Of a DNA stretch of 64,000 bases, positions 48,536-58,441 are shown in pieces. The notes beneath the pieces are model-generated. The model made no database searches and was not told where the DNA came from. It saw nothing but the letters and a program-made list of their open reading frames with translations. Position numbers and translations under genes: made by a program. Every line of letters starts with the position of its first letter. Position 1 is the first letter of the stretch. The stretch comes from an uncultured delta proteobacterium (lineage in GTDB: Bacteria > Desulfobacterota > Syntrophorhabdia > Syntrophorhabdales > WCHB1-27). The stretch covers positions 384,001 through 448,000 of the forward strand of contig CAWEPK010000012.1 of the NCBI GenBank assembly GCA_963810935.1. The letters run 5' to 3'.

Positions 48536-50935
48536 TCATCCGCCCGCTGTCATGGTGAAGGTGACGACTGCCGCTTTTGCGTCGCCCGTCGGAGGGAACG
48601 TCCATTTCTTCATCGCCTCCAGGACGTCCTTCTGCCAGGCAAATGCACCCTTCAGGGCCTTCGCAGCCGTCACTGCGCCGTCCGGCCCTATAGTGAGCCT
48701 CACCGTCAGCTTCGAGGCATTTGCCGCATCCAGGAGATACTTTTCAAAGCCTGCCGCCTGCTCGTTCAATATCTTCGACACCGCCTCTTTCACGAGTGCC
48801 CCTGATATCGCTACATCGCTCACGGCAAGCCTTGCTCCTGCGTTCGCGGCCCCGCCGCCTGTCCCCGCGTCCGCCTTGGCCTGCGTGTGGCCTGCCTTCG
48901 CCTTCAAGGCTCTATAGCGCGGGCCTGACCATCCACCCATATTGAGGCTTTGATCCATGGCCCCGCCGGGGGCGGGCGCATAGGCAAGCGCCGGGTAGGC
49001 CGGGCCGCCTGCGCCGACGGCATAGTCGGATACGCCTTCGGGCAAGGGAAGCGGCTGTTTCACGGAGACCGGCTTGCCGTCCTTCGAGCGCGTTTGCGTG
49101 TCCACGGCGACGAAGGATGTGTACGGCGTAAGCAGGTTGTACCGCAGGCCGAGGTCGGTCACAGTCGCTGTCCTGCCGGCGTCTGCGCGGAGCTTGTTGT
49201 AATCGGAAAGGAGCGTTATCCGGTGGCGCGCCCAAAGGTAGCGAAGGCCGGATCTCTCCGCCGCCGGCTTTGCCTTCGACACGTCTATCACCTGCTTGTA
49301 TGCTCCGTCGCCCGCGATGCCGCTGAGCGTGATGGTCCCGGCCAGCTTGCCGCGATACTTGCCGAACACGACCACGGGCCTCTCGGCGAGCACATCAGGC
49401 ACGTGCGGCGGCTCTATGTCATATGCGTCGAAGCCTTTGAAATCAATCTTTATGCCGGTGAGCACGGGCGATTCGATCATGGCCCGGAAGCGGGCCGCCT
49501 GAAGCGGCGCGTCCTCCGGCTTGGTGATGACGAAAGGCTCGCCCATGCCTGCGGCGGCCATCCCCTCGATGATGTGGCGGTTCACGCTCGTCCCTATGCC
49601 GAAGGCAAATACGTTGGCCTTGCCAAGGTTCTTCCGCACGAGGTCGAACACTTCTTCCTCCACCTCGACGAAGCCGTCCGTGGCAACCACTATCGTCCGC
49701 GAATAGCCTTCATGCCTCTTGAACCCGAGGGCCTCCTTCATGGCAGGCAGAAGCTCGGTGCCGCCGCCTCCCCGCTGCCTGTCGATGAGGTCTGCGGCCT
49801 TGCGGATGTTCTGTGCGGTTGCGGGCACGGACTGCTCGGCCATGACCGACGAGCCCCCCGAGAAGAGCACCACGTTGAACAGGTCGGTGCTGCGAAGCCC
49901 TCCGAGCAGGTCTTTGACGAGCTGCTTCGATATATCGAGCGGGTAGCCCCACATGGAGCCCGACACGTCCACGACGAAGACATATTCCCTGGGGAGCACC
50001 TGCGCAAGCGCGACCTTTTTGGGCGGCTGCACGTTAAGGAGAAAGAAATTCTCTTTTTCCCCTTCGTAAAGGAGCAGCCCCGACTCTATCCGGCCGCCGG
50101 CGAGCCGGTAGCGGAGTATGTAGTCCCTGTTGCCGCCGTTATCTTGCGATTTGTCGAGGTCGATCCGTGCAAGCGACGGCCCCTCGTAATGCACGCTTAC
50201 CTTGTGCGACGCGCAGGCAAGCTCGCTTATGGGGGTGCCGGCTGCAACGGACGCCTTTATGTCGAAGGTATAGGGCGGGGCCTCCTTCTGGTGGAGGTAG
50301 GGGTTCTTCACCCAGTCGTCGGAGGCGCCGGGCGTGTCCGGCCTGTTCGAGTAGCGGGGGCCGACCACGGTAGGATAGACAAACTCGTAAACGCCGTCCG
50401 TAGGGACGAGCAGCTCCGTATATCTCAGCTCCACTTTTATCTCGTCCCCCGGCGTGATGTTAGCCACGCTCATCTGGAAGACGTTGGGCCTCTGTTGTTC
50501 CAGGAGAGAGGCGCTGTGCCCTGAATCCCTGGCCTGCTCGTATTCACGCCGCGCATCCTCGCGCTTAGCGACCCGCGCCTCGATGACGCGCGAGCCGATG
50601 GTCATCTTCATACCGTGGACCGCCGCCTTGGTCGAGGCTGGGAAGACATAAAGCGCCTCCAGCGGGTTCTTGCCCTCGTTTTTGTAAACCTGAGTAACAG
50701 TCACGTCGGCAATGGTCCCGGAGATGGAGACGCTTGCCGACATATCTTTGAGGGGCAAACGGTCAACGGATGCGTCTTTGCTTTTTACGAAGAAATACGG
50801 CGAAAGTGTTTTGTCCCCGGCCTCATCTGCCTGCGGCCGGGGAGGCTTGCCGAAAATAGGTGCAGGGAAGACAAACGCCGCAAACAAGATCAGCGCCAAC
50901 CCTATAACCACTGCCGATAGACGAGAACTTTTCAC
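48536..50935 (-). CDS. Secreted VIT + vWA domain protein with TonB-C/AgmX-like C-terminus
   Basis: GTG start with AGGAGG; EALYVFP, LLEQQRPNVF (VIT); DVSGSM, GGT, TDG (MIDAS); LTIGPDG.V..W.FP. Confidence 0.85.
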   Translation of the reverse strand: MKSSRLSAVVIGLALILFAAFVFPAPIFGKPPRPQADEAGDKTLSPYFFVKSKDASVDRLPLKDMSASVSISGTIADVTVTQVYKNEGKNPLEALYVFPASTKAAVHGMKMTIGSRVIEARVAKREDARREYEQARDSGHSASLLEQQRPNVFQMSVANITPGDEIKVELRYTELLVPTDGVYEFVYPTVVGPRYSNRPDTPGASDDWVKNPYLHQKEAPPYTFDIKASVAAGTPISELACASHKVSVHYEGPSLARIDLDKSQDNGGNRDYILRYRLAGGRIESGLLLYEGEKENFFLLNVQPPKKVALAQVLPREYVFVVDVSGSMWGYPLDISKQLVKDLLGGLRSTDLFNVVLFSGGSSVMAEQSVPATAQNIRKAADLIDRQRGGGGTELLPAMKEALGFKRHEGYSRTIVVATDGFVEVEEEVFDLVRKNLGKANVFAFGIGTSVNRHIIEGMAAAGMGEPFVITKPEDAPLQAARFRAMIESPVLTGIKIDFKGFDAYDIEPPHVPDVLAERPVVVFGKYRGKLAGTITLSGIAGDGAYKQVIDVSKAKPAAERSGLRYLWARHRITLLSDYNKLRADAGRTATVTDLGLRYNLLTPYTSFVAVDTQTRSKDGKPVSVKQPLPLPEGVSDYAVGAGGPAYPALAYAPAPGGAMDQSLNMGGWSGPRYRALKAKAGHTQAKADAGTGGGAANAGARLAVSDVAISGALVKEAVSKILNEQAAGFEKYLLDAANASKLTVRLTIGPDGAVTAAKALKGAFAWQKDVLEAMKKWTFPPTGDAKAAVVTFTMTAGG

Positions 50936-51255
50936 GATGGCCTCCTTTGGCGTCCGTTTCGTTCTAAAGTGATGAGACAAAGGAGCAGCGAAAAAAGTTC
51001 CGTGAGGGGTGAGGATTTTTGGTGAGGTATAAAAACTATACGGCGAGCTGGGTGCGGGTGTAAGCTGGCAGAGGCGTAAAACCGGCTGCATGTTATGCTT
51101 CAGGCAAGGCACTCGTCATTCTTTACTTCCGACTGCGCAAGAGGGATTAATGTATTTTGGAATCTACATAAAGGAAGGGCTTACATAGGTCGTTGCCTTC
51201 GCGTGCTACTCGTTGATAAGGGCGAGAGCCGAGAATCACGGAATGCCGCATAAAG

Positions 51256-51321
51256 GTTGCAACCAGAGAGCTAAACGGCGTCGCGCTGCATTGCCACGTC
51301 CGCTTCAGCGCCTAGCTATAC
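51256..51321 (-). other. Degenerate integron attC-like site
   Basis: Minus strand GTATAGC-TAGGC-GCTGAAGC-GG...CC-GTTTAGC-TCTCTG-GTTGCAA; gene stop codon lies in R''. Confidence 0.55.
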
Positions 51322-52125
51322 CAACCCTTCCCTTTTAGCCTCGGCATAACAAGTATACGTGAAGTTGCTGAATTCAACTTTGAATTCTGTTTCACTGCGC
51401 TTCCCTTTAAAGAACTGCACATTGGGATTTTGACCCTGAACAATAAGGCATACGATTTCAAGTGCCTGTCTTTCGATATCGGGACCGAAGTAGATAGCCT
51501 TAAGCACGTCTGGCTCGTAGGTAAACAATGTGCCCGCTTCAGAATGTATGGCTCGCCACTCCTTCTCGTATTTCCAGAAACTCGACTTAGTGCAGTACAA
51601 ATCATCCAGCAACGTTTCGTAGTTCTTGCTCGCTATACAATCGGCAATATCTACTTCAGGAATAACATCAGCATATCGAACTTTGCGAAGCTTCGTGAAT
51701 GGCTCCTTCACCGTAGAAAATCCTAAGCAGAGGCCTTTGTATTGACCGCCATAATGGCCCCACATGAGCAGGTCATCATTGACCTCAGAAAAGCATGTTA
51801 CGCCTTTCGTATTCAGGAAGTTTTCACGGACCTCGGCGAGGCCCTTCTTAGCACCGCCCATCAACTTTCGCTTCAGTTCATCGAACGGCATCAACTCAAA
51901 CTCCTTCCGCATGGGCTCGGGGAAAACATTATCATTCGTATAACGCTTCCTAATACGTTCTACCTCATCATGAGAAGGGTCGCGTACGGTGGCTGTTATT
52001 GCACAATCGTAGGGATCATTGAAGTTGCGAGGAGAACCAAAGTAAAGTGACTGGGCTTTGAGATTGAGAAGGGATTGAATGTTACAACTCTCATATTTGT
52101 AAACCATGGACGGCCTATCTGCCAT
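51316..52125 (-). CDS. DUF2971 domain protein
   Basis: FNDPYD, CFSE..LMWGHYG..G.CLGF, K...W.YE.EWR. Confidence 0.85.
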   Translation of the reverse strand: MADRPSMVYKYESCNIQSLLNLKAQSLYFGSPRNFNDPYDCAITATVRDPSHDEVERIRKRYTNDNVFPEPMRKEFELMPFDELKRKLMGGAKKGLAEVRENFLNTKGVTCFSEVNDDLLMWGHYGGQYKGLCLGFSTVKEPFTKLRKVRYADVIPEVDIADCIASKNYETLLDDLYCTKSSFWKYEKEWRAIHSEAGTLFTYEPDVLKAIYFGPDIERQALEIVCLIVQGQNPNVQFFKGKRSETEFKVEFSNFTYTCYAEAKREGLV

Positions 52126-52444
52126 TGTCCCTCCTCTTTTGGTATAAAGCTCGGCATGATCCGCTCGTGTCCCTATCGGGCCACTCAGGGCCATGCCGAG
52201 CTTTAGCAATTCCCGCAGACTTTCGTGAATTTCGGTATCAGCCCTTCTATCTCATTATATATTTCATCAAGCGACTTTTGGGGACGTTTTTCCCTAACGT
52301 TCATTACCTGTTGCCTTCTTTTTTCCTTCGGCTGCCTTCCCACAAAACAAATCACATCAGGCAACAACGTCCCCAATTCACCTTAGCTGTCTGAAAACAA
52401 AACGAGCCTATCGACGATTCAATCAGCCCTTAACTTCTGCGGCT

Positions 52445-54504
52445 TCAGTTGTCATCGGGCAGAAGATGTATCTTCTCGTTGAGTCTGAGAAACGAACCAC
52501 TTACTATGTCTTTCATAATCTTTGTTTCGTCATAATGGTCAAGGGTGGAATTAAGAATTTCGAGCGAAACACCGAATTGCGTGGCTACCCATCCTCGTTG
52601 TCGAGAGAACTCTCTAAGGCCAACAAGACCGACAAACATTATGATATCAGTCATTACCTTTGCCACAGCTTCGGCGCCCTCCTCTCTTGAAGGAACCAAA
52701 CTTGATAGTTCGCCGGCACCATCGATCGCTGCACGTTCAACTTCACATCTCAAGACATCGAAAAAAGCAATAACAACATCTCTGTCAGCCAAATCGCCGG
52801 ATGTCGTTTCAAAGTACCTCACGCCCAGGCCAAAGGGTATGGCGAAGAAAGTCAAGAAAGCGGCTTCGCCGTTTTCCACCATGGGGAGAACAAAAGGCAA
52901 ATCGTAAAGAGGGTCTGCGGGGTTCCAATAGTCGGCAACGGGATTACATCCTCGAAAGGCAGCATACTGCGGCAAGAACTCAAGAGCCGTGACGCATTCT
53001 TCAATGCTAAAGGGTGAGATTCTCAGAGGCACTACGGGATGGATTTGGATCAATTCAAAAGTCTCGTCGAGAAGCCTCCAAGCCTCGGATTCATTGTTTT
53101 CTTGCGCCTCCAACCGGACAAGCTGGCTTCTCGCTTCGTAGTCGAGTGGCTCCTCTGTCATTTGGGCCGCCCAAAACGCCGTGCCTCCTGAGGCACATCG
53201 GCGCCCTGTGCCTCCGCAAGCGACAGCGTAAGAATCTTCGACTTGAGTCTCTTGAGCGCCGGGCTGCCAGGCTGATGGCTCAAACCCTCCTCTACCCATT
53301 GAAGAGCACCTTTCAGAGAGCCTGCTTTGTAATGGGCATCTCCAAGCCAGTACCAGATTTGCGGCCAATGAGCCACCCAATCCGAATTGAACTTCACCGC
53401 GGTTTCCAGTAATTCGGCAGCCTCCACCGGTTTTTGAAAATCGACGAGGAGACTAATAGCTTTCGAAACAAGGGCCTCCGGTTTCAGTGGATCGATCTCC
53501 AACGCCCTGTCGAAACACGCCATTTCAGCCTTATGGTCTCCGACGACATGGTAAGCCGACGCGAGATTCTTCCAGATTTGCGATTCGTGGATTTCGAGCT
53601 TCAGGGCCTCTTGGTAGCTTGCAATGGCTTCCCGATGTTCCCCCAAAGCGCTCAGTACGTTTCCTATGTTATAGAAGAGATCCCAAGTCGGAGTCGTTGC
53701 GGATCCGAGAAGCTGCTCGAACGAGCGTTTCGCCTCGAGGAGTGCGGCCTTGTTCCTCTCTTCGATTCCTTTCTCGGCTATTATGCAGGCCCTAAACGAC
53801 AGGCTTTGCCGATCTTCTTTCAGCGTCAGGGAGCGGTTAATACTGGCGAGAGCCTCGTCGTAGTGGTAGAGGCGGTACTGCGACCATGCTAGGGCTTGCC
53901 AGGCCAAGGCGGACTCCGGTTGCACGTCAAGAAAATCTCTTAGCTCGGCGACGGCGCGCTCATAGGCACCCTTATCCAACGCAGCCCAAGCGGCAGACAG
54001 GCGTTCGTCTGGTGGAGTACCAAATCTAACAGTTGCTGATAGATGGTGCGACCAAGGAGGAACATCAACGTTCAAGTACTTTTTCGATAGGTCAGGATGC
54101 GCCTCTTCGAGTTGAAACCGCAACCACTCCCGGGAATAGACAACGAGTTTCCAACCGTATGCTTCACGTAGCTCGGTTGCCAACCCGTCGACGTCTATTT
54201 GCCGCGCTCTTTGGCTGGTAACAAAAACAAGCGTCGAAAACGCCATCCCTCTCTCGGCTAACCTGCGCGTGTCACGGCGTAGTTTGGCTTTCCAGTCTTT
54301 CTCAAGGCTGAATTGAAAAAACACCGCGTCTCCCGCTCTGCTTCGACCACGTCTGGGCAACTCCTCCGCATCCCGTCCCCCGTCTTGAGGCTCGACCGGG
54401 ACAACGTCCCTGTATCCGTTGCGATAGAGCAAGTCGATACAAAGTCGCTCGAAACTCGCTCCGTCAAGTTCATTGTCTATTGTCCATAGAACTTGGTTTA
54501 TCAT
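52445..54504 (-). CDS. Restriction-endonuclease-like N-terminal domain + TPR protein, frameshift near 53175
   Basis: FERLC..LL..QDGGRDA..FFQFS (PD-(D/E)xK-like), multiple TPRs; adding one T joins ARRF|WAAQMTEE. Confidence 0.65.
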
Positions 54505-54666
54505 TGCTGATCTTCTGACATATGCCATTTCAACAATACCACTTCTGTCATAGCTGTGTAAAACGGAAAACAGAATTATCAACGCCGGGAAGCACTCCCA
54601 CCCTAAGGATCACGAATATTCGACGCCCGTTACACCTCCAAACCAGCACCCCAACGTCCAGGCAAA

Positions 54667-54852
54667 TAATGTCACCCCCCACCCCCAAAACCCTTGACAC
54701 GGCACGGACGTGCAGATGGTAGTATGCTGAAAGGGGAACAAACTGCTTGTTTAAAGTGTCTCATGAGATAGATGAAGCCGGGCCTGCTGATGAGGATTTG
54801 GAGCTTGTCGCGGCTTGCCGGAAAGGGGACGTCGAGGCGTTTGGGTGCTTGT
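54667..54852 (+). repeat. Diverged duplicate of promoter and 5' end of the ECF sigma gene (other copy ~58356-58548)
   Basis: Shared CTTGACACGG, GGTAGTATGCTGAAAGGG, AACAAACTGCTTGTTTAAAGTGTCT, GACGTCGAGGCGTTTGGG. Confidence 0.9.
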
Positions 54853-54911
54853 GATCTATTCATCAAACTGCGATGATGTAATGTATATTTGAACCAAGAG
54901 GGGGAGTAAAG

Positions 54912-55340
54912 ATGAAAAAGGCAATCGTATGCGTGATGACCGTTGTCGCTTTCCTGACTTTTACTGTATTAGCATTGGCGGATCAAAAGAGCCAGCCGCA
55001 GAAGGCAAGCAGTCCGCCTCCGCAGAGAAGTGTGCAGCCCAGCCCAGCCCCCGCTCCGCAGACAAGCAGTCCGAGCGTACAACCGAGCACGGGGACCGCA
55101 CGGGGCTTAGCAACACCGTCCGGACAGGCGCTCAAGGACCTGTCATCAGGCGCCAGGACACCCGGGCAGGTATTCGATGGCAGTCGTGGTCCCACCACAG
55201 CGCCTGCAGTAAACGCTTCAACGGGAACCGCTCGTACGCCGCAGCAGGCAATCGACCAATACAAGGCTTCCGGACCACAGAATCCGGGTCCTCAGACGCT
55301 GAAGATCAAGGAACCGCCTCCCCCTGCACCGGCGAAATGA
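54912..55340 (+). CDS. Secreted Pro/Ser/Thr-rich hypothetical protein
   Basis: MKKAIV..ALA signal peptide, RBS GAGGGGAG. Confidence 0.75.
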   Translation: MKKAIVCVMTVVAFLTFTVLALADQKSQPQKASSPPPQRSVQPSPAPAPQTSSPSVQPSTGTARGLATPSGQALKDLSSGARTPGQVFDGSRGPTTAPAVNASTGTARTPQQAIDQYKASGPQNPGPQTLKIKEPPPPAPAK

Positions 55341-55441
55341 GGTTAAGGCTTCGTCTTTAAGTCTTTGAGGGGCGGGCGATAGGGCGGCCGCACTGCCTGT
55401 TTTTTGGGGTTGCTGTGTAGAGTGCTAAAGTACCACAGGGA

Positions 55442-57013
55442 TCACGTCGCCCGTTCGCACGTGCGCCCCCGGTGGTCGCGGCCCAGGAAGTAGTTCGCCC
55501 ACGAAGATGTCTGATCCAGCGCCCAATCCCGGGGACGGATATAATTCCCCTTGAGGGAGACCTCTTCCCCGCGGGAGGCGAGCCGCCCATAGGCGCGGAC
55601 GAAGATACACTTCCGTTTTCCCGGGAATACCTCGCACCAGCCTTCGAGGGAGCCGCCGCACTGGCCGTTGAACAAGAATTTAGGACACTGCGATTGTGGG
55701 CAGAGGTAAGCAACTTCCGCCAGGGTGCAGTCGCCGCATCGGCGGCAGCGGGACGTGATGAACTTGAGCCAATACTCTGCCTCGGTTAACGCCTCTTCCA
55801 GCGGCGTACGGTCGACGAGGCGGAAGAATGAGCATAAGGTCCGATAGAGGGGTGCGCCCTCGGCAAAAGCTGCCCGGTGGAAAGCACGCATTACGGTATA
55901 CCCCACCGTCGCGCGGGGACGGGCCTGAAGCGGCGCAGGCGTTTCTCTGTTGAGCCCCGTAGCCGGGTCTTTTTCGTAGATGTAAAAACCGCCCTCCTGA
56001 GGGAAGTCGAACTCAGGGACGAAAGATCGCCATTCCTCTTTGAGTTCCTCCGACCTCCCTATGATCTGCTCTATCTCGCCGTAGGACAACCCGGGACCGC
56101 CGATGTGGGCGCCATTGTAACCCATGCCGCGAAGCACGGCCACGAGCCGGGCGGCCCTCTCGAGACTGGCCGACCTCCCTCGGTCTTTCGCTCGGGATTC
56201 CCCCTCGACCGTCGAGAACAGCTTGTTTGTGACGACGCAGCCAGGCACGCTGTTCTTGTTCATCGCCCTGGCCACCGGAAGGGTGAGGACGTAGACGTTA
56301 CCTATGATCGGGATGTCAATGCCATACGCGTGTACGGTGACGAGGAGCTCATTGAACTTCCTCACGTCGAAGCCGACCTGTGTCACGACGAAATCGGCCC
56401 CAGCCTGGACCTTCTTCCACAGCTTGAAATATTGGGCCATGGTCTCCGATTCGAGCTGCTTGAAGGGCGAAATCGCGCACCCCTTGACCATATGTATAGG
56501 CGGGGCGGCGGTACCGCCGCCAGGTGCCCTTTCGTCGATAGAAAGCCCCTGGTTCAGCCGATCGATGAGATGGATGAGCTGGACAGAATCGACGTCGTAG
56601 ACAGGCTTGGCCTTGCCCTGGAACCCGTACAAGGGGTAGTCGCCGGTCATGGCAAGCAGGTTATGGATGCCGAGCCTGTCAAGGGCATAGAGGATCGATT
56701 CAATCTGGTTTCTGTTCTTATCCTTGCAGGTAAAATGGATAATGGGGTCGATCCCGAGGCGGCAGACTTCGGCGCCAATTACGTCCGGGGCCAGGGTCGG
56801 ATGGCCGCCGGGATTGTCGGTGATAGAGAGGGCATCGATGAGCCCTCCCCGGGCAGCGTCCTGGGCAAGGCGCAGGACCTCGTCCTGCCTCTTTCCACGG
56901 GAGCCCCTGCCGGGGACAAGCTCCACCGTGTAAACGAAACGGTCCCTCCGGGCGAGGATATCACCTAAGCGCCTGGTGCGCGCCTTATTTGCCAATAGCT
57001 TCTCTTCGCTCAT
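55442..57013 (-). CDS. metF: Methylenetetrahydrofolate reductase with fused C-terminal MetV-like Cys-rich domain
   Basis: ITDNP, HFTCKDKN, LAMTGD, GADFVVTQ; C-terminal CRRCGDC..CP..CPK..NGQCGG..CEV..C. Confidence 0.88.
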   Translation of the reverse strand: MSEEKLLANKARTRRLGDILARRDRFVYTVELVPGRGSRGKRQDEVLRLAQDAARGGLIDALSITDNPGGHPTLAPDVIGAEVCRLGIDPIIHFTCKDKNRNQIESILYALDRLGIHNLLAMTGDYPLYGFQGKAKPVYDVDSVQLIHLIDRLNQGLSIDERAPGGGTAAPPIHMVKGCAISPFKQLESETMAQYFKLWKKVQAGADFVVTQVGFDVRKFNELLVTVHAYGIDIPIIGNVYVLTLPVARAMNKNSVPGCVVTNKLFSTVEGESRAKDRGRSASLERAARLVAVLRGMGYNGAHIGGPGLSYGEIEQIIGRSEELKEEWRSFVPEFDFPQEGGFYIYEKDPATGLNRETPAPLQARPRATVGYTVMRAFHRAAFAEGAPLYRTLCSFFRLVDRTPLEEALTEAEYWLKFITSRCRRCGDCTLAEVAYLCPQSQCPKFLFNGQCGGSLEGWCEVFPGKRKCIFVRAYGRLASRGEEVSLKGNYIRPRDWALDQTSSWANYFLGRDHRGRTCERAT

Positions 57014-57098
57014 TTCTCTCCGGGATGCCTTTCAAGCCGTCGCCATTCAAGTATGTACTATTAACGCAGAACGGGATTTAGGCGAACCGTCCGCAGGC

Positions 57099-57350
57099 CT
57101 ATTGTTCGGCCTTCATCTGCTCTCCACAGCAGACGATGTCACATGTTTCAACGCAGCCACACGCCTCATCAACCGACACGACGAGCCCGCAGACCTCACA
57201 GGAATACTGTTCTCCAGCCTTCGCCTTCTCCTTGCCCGTACCAGCCCGTTTTGCCAGCTTGGCCGCCGTCTTCGCAGTCTTTGGCGCTGTCGGCTTCCTT
57301 GCTTTCTTAGGGGTTGTCTTTACCGCAGTTCCTTTTGATGTCCTCGCCAT
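57099..57350 (-). CDS. Small protein: Lys/Ala-rich tail + desulforedoxin-like Cys domain
   Basis: GEQYSCEVCG.VV.V...CGC..C..VCCGEQM; RBS GAGGAGG. Confidence 0.75.
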   Translation of the reverse strand: MARTSKGTAVKTTPKKARKPTAPKTAKTAAKLAKRAGTGKEKAKAGEQYSCEVCGLVVSVDEACGCVETCDIVCCGEQMKAEQ

Positions 57351-57679
57351 CTGTTTACCACCTCCTCACGGTTATTAGGGTCCTCGCGGTTCGCCTAATC
57401 CCTCGCTTTTGTAACCTCTCCCTCAACGAAACGTGGTTTTCAAAAGAAGTATAATGCCCTGGCTGTCCCGTGTCACTGATAGGGAAATCTAAAGTCGCGA
57501 GGAGTGCTTGCCTGGGTCCGGCGGACGCCAGGTTGACTCAACGGCGACTCTATCCCAACACGCGAGTCCTTTTTTCTTGACATTGCACCTAATGCGGCAG
57601 ATAAAATGGATGGTTGAAGCGAATATCCGCACCGCTGTGACCAAGACCTTCGATCGGTCTTTAAAGTGGGGGGTGAGAC

Positions 57680-58195
57680 ATGATTCCAGGCATCACGAAA
57701 ATCCTGTACGCGACTGATCTGAGTAAAAACTCGGCTTATGCTTTTTTCTATGCAGTCGATATGGCGAAGGCGCATAACGCCCAAATCGTTATTCTCCATT
57801 CCGTTGAACCCACTCGCCACATTACCGTGGTAGAATCGGACACACTGGACAAGATGGCGGAAGTCGAAAAGGAGAAACAGGAGATATACGCAGAAGAGAT
57901 CAAAAAGAGGGTGAGCGGGTTCTGTGAAAAAGTGGAAAATAGTTACGGCAACGCCTGTGGTCAGTTAGTATCTAATATCCTCGTTCCCATCGGTCATCCA
58001 GTAGAGGAGATATTGAAGGCGGCGGATGATGAAGGGTGCGACGTGATCGTCCTCGGTACTCATGGAAAGGGAGTTTTAAGGCACACCTTCCTCGGAAAGG
58101 TGGCCGGCTCGGTGCTTGAGCGAACCCGAAAACCGGTTTTTATCATCCCGCTGCCCTCGGATGATATAACCATAGATTGGGATAAAATCTCGTAA
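57680..58195 (+). CDS. Universal stress protein
   Basis: KILYATDLS, GHPVEEIL, DVIVLGTHG, LGKVA. Confidence 0.92.
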   Translation: MIPGITKILYATDLSKNSAYAFFYAVDMAKAHNAQIVILHSVEPTRHITVVESDTLDKMAEVEKEKQEIYAEEIKKRVSGFCEKVENSYGNACGQLVSNILVPIGHPVEEILKAADDEGCDVIVLGTHGKGVLRHTFLGKVAGSVLERTRKPVFIIPLPSDDITIDWDKIS

Positions 58196-58441
58196 GACAT
58201 ATAAAAGACCCAACGACAGCCGACTGCTCCGAATCCGTGAGATAGGTGTGTCTGGAACGGCTATCAAGGAGAACAGGAAGCGTCTGTCGCGATTGCCGCT
58301 CATAATAGATCGTTTATGGCTACCGAATGTTGTGCTTAACTTACGGCAAGGCAACATAATGTATCCCGAACCCCCCGCCCCCCAAAATCCTTGACACGGA
58401 ACCGACAAGCAGTGGTAGTATGCTGAAAGGGAACAAACTGC

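Noticed and set aside
42686..54600. Integrative element or prophage inserted at tRNA-Val
   Set aside because: Accessory genes follow the tRNA, but no integrase, phage gene or duplicated tRNA 3' end was seen
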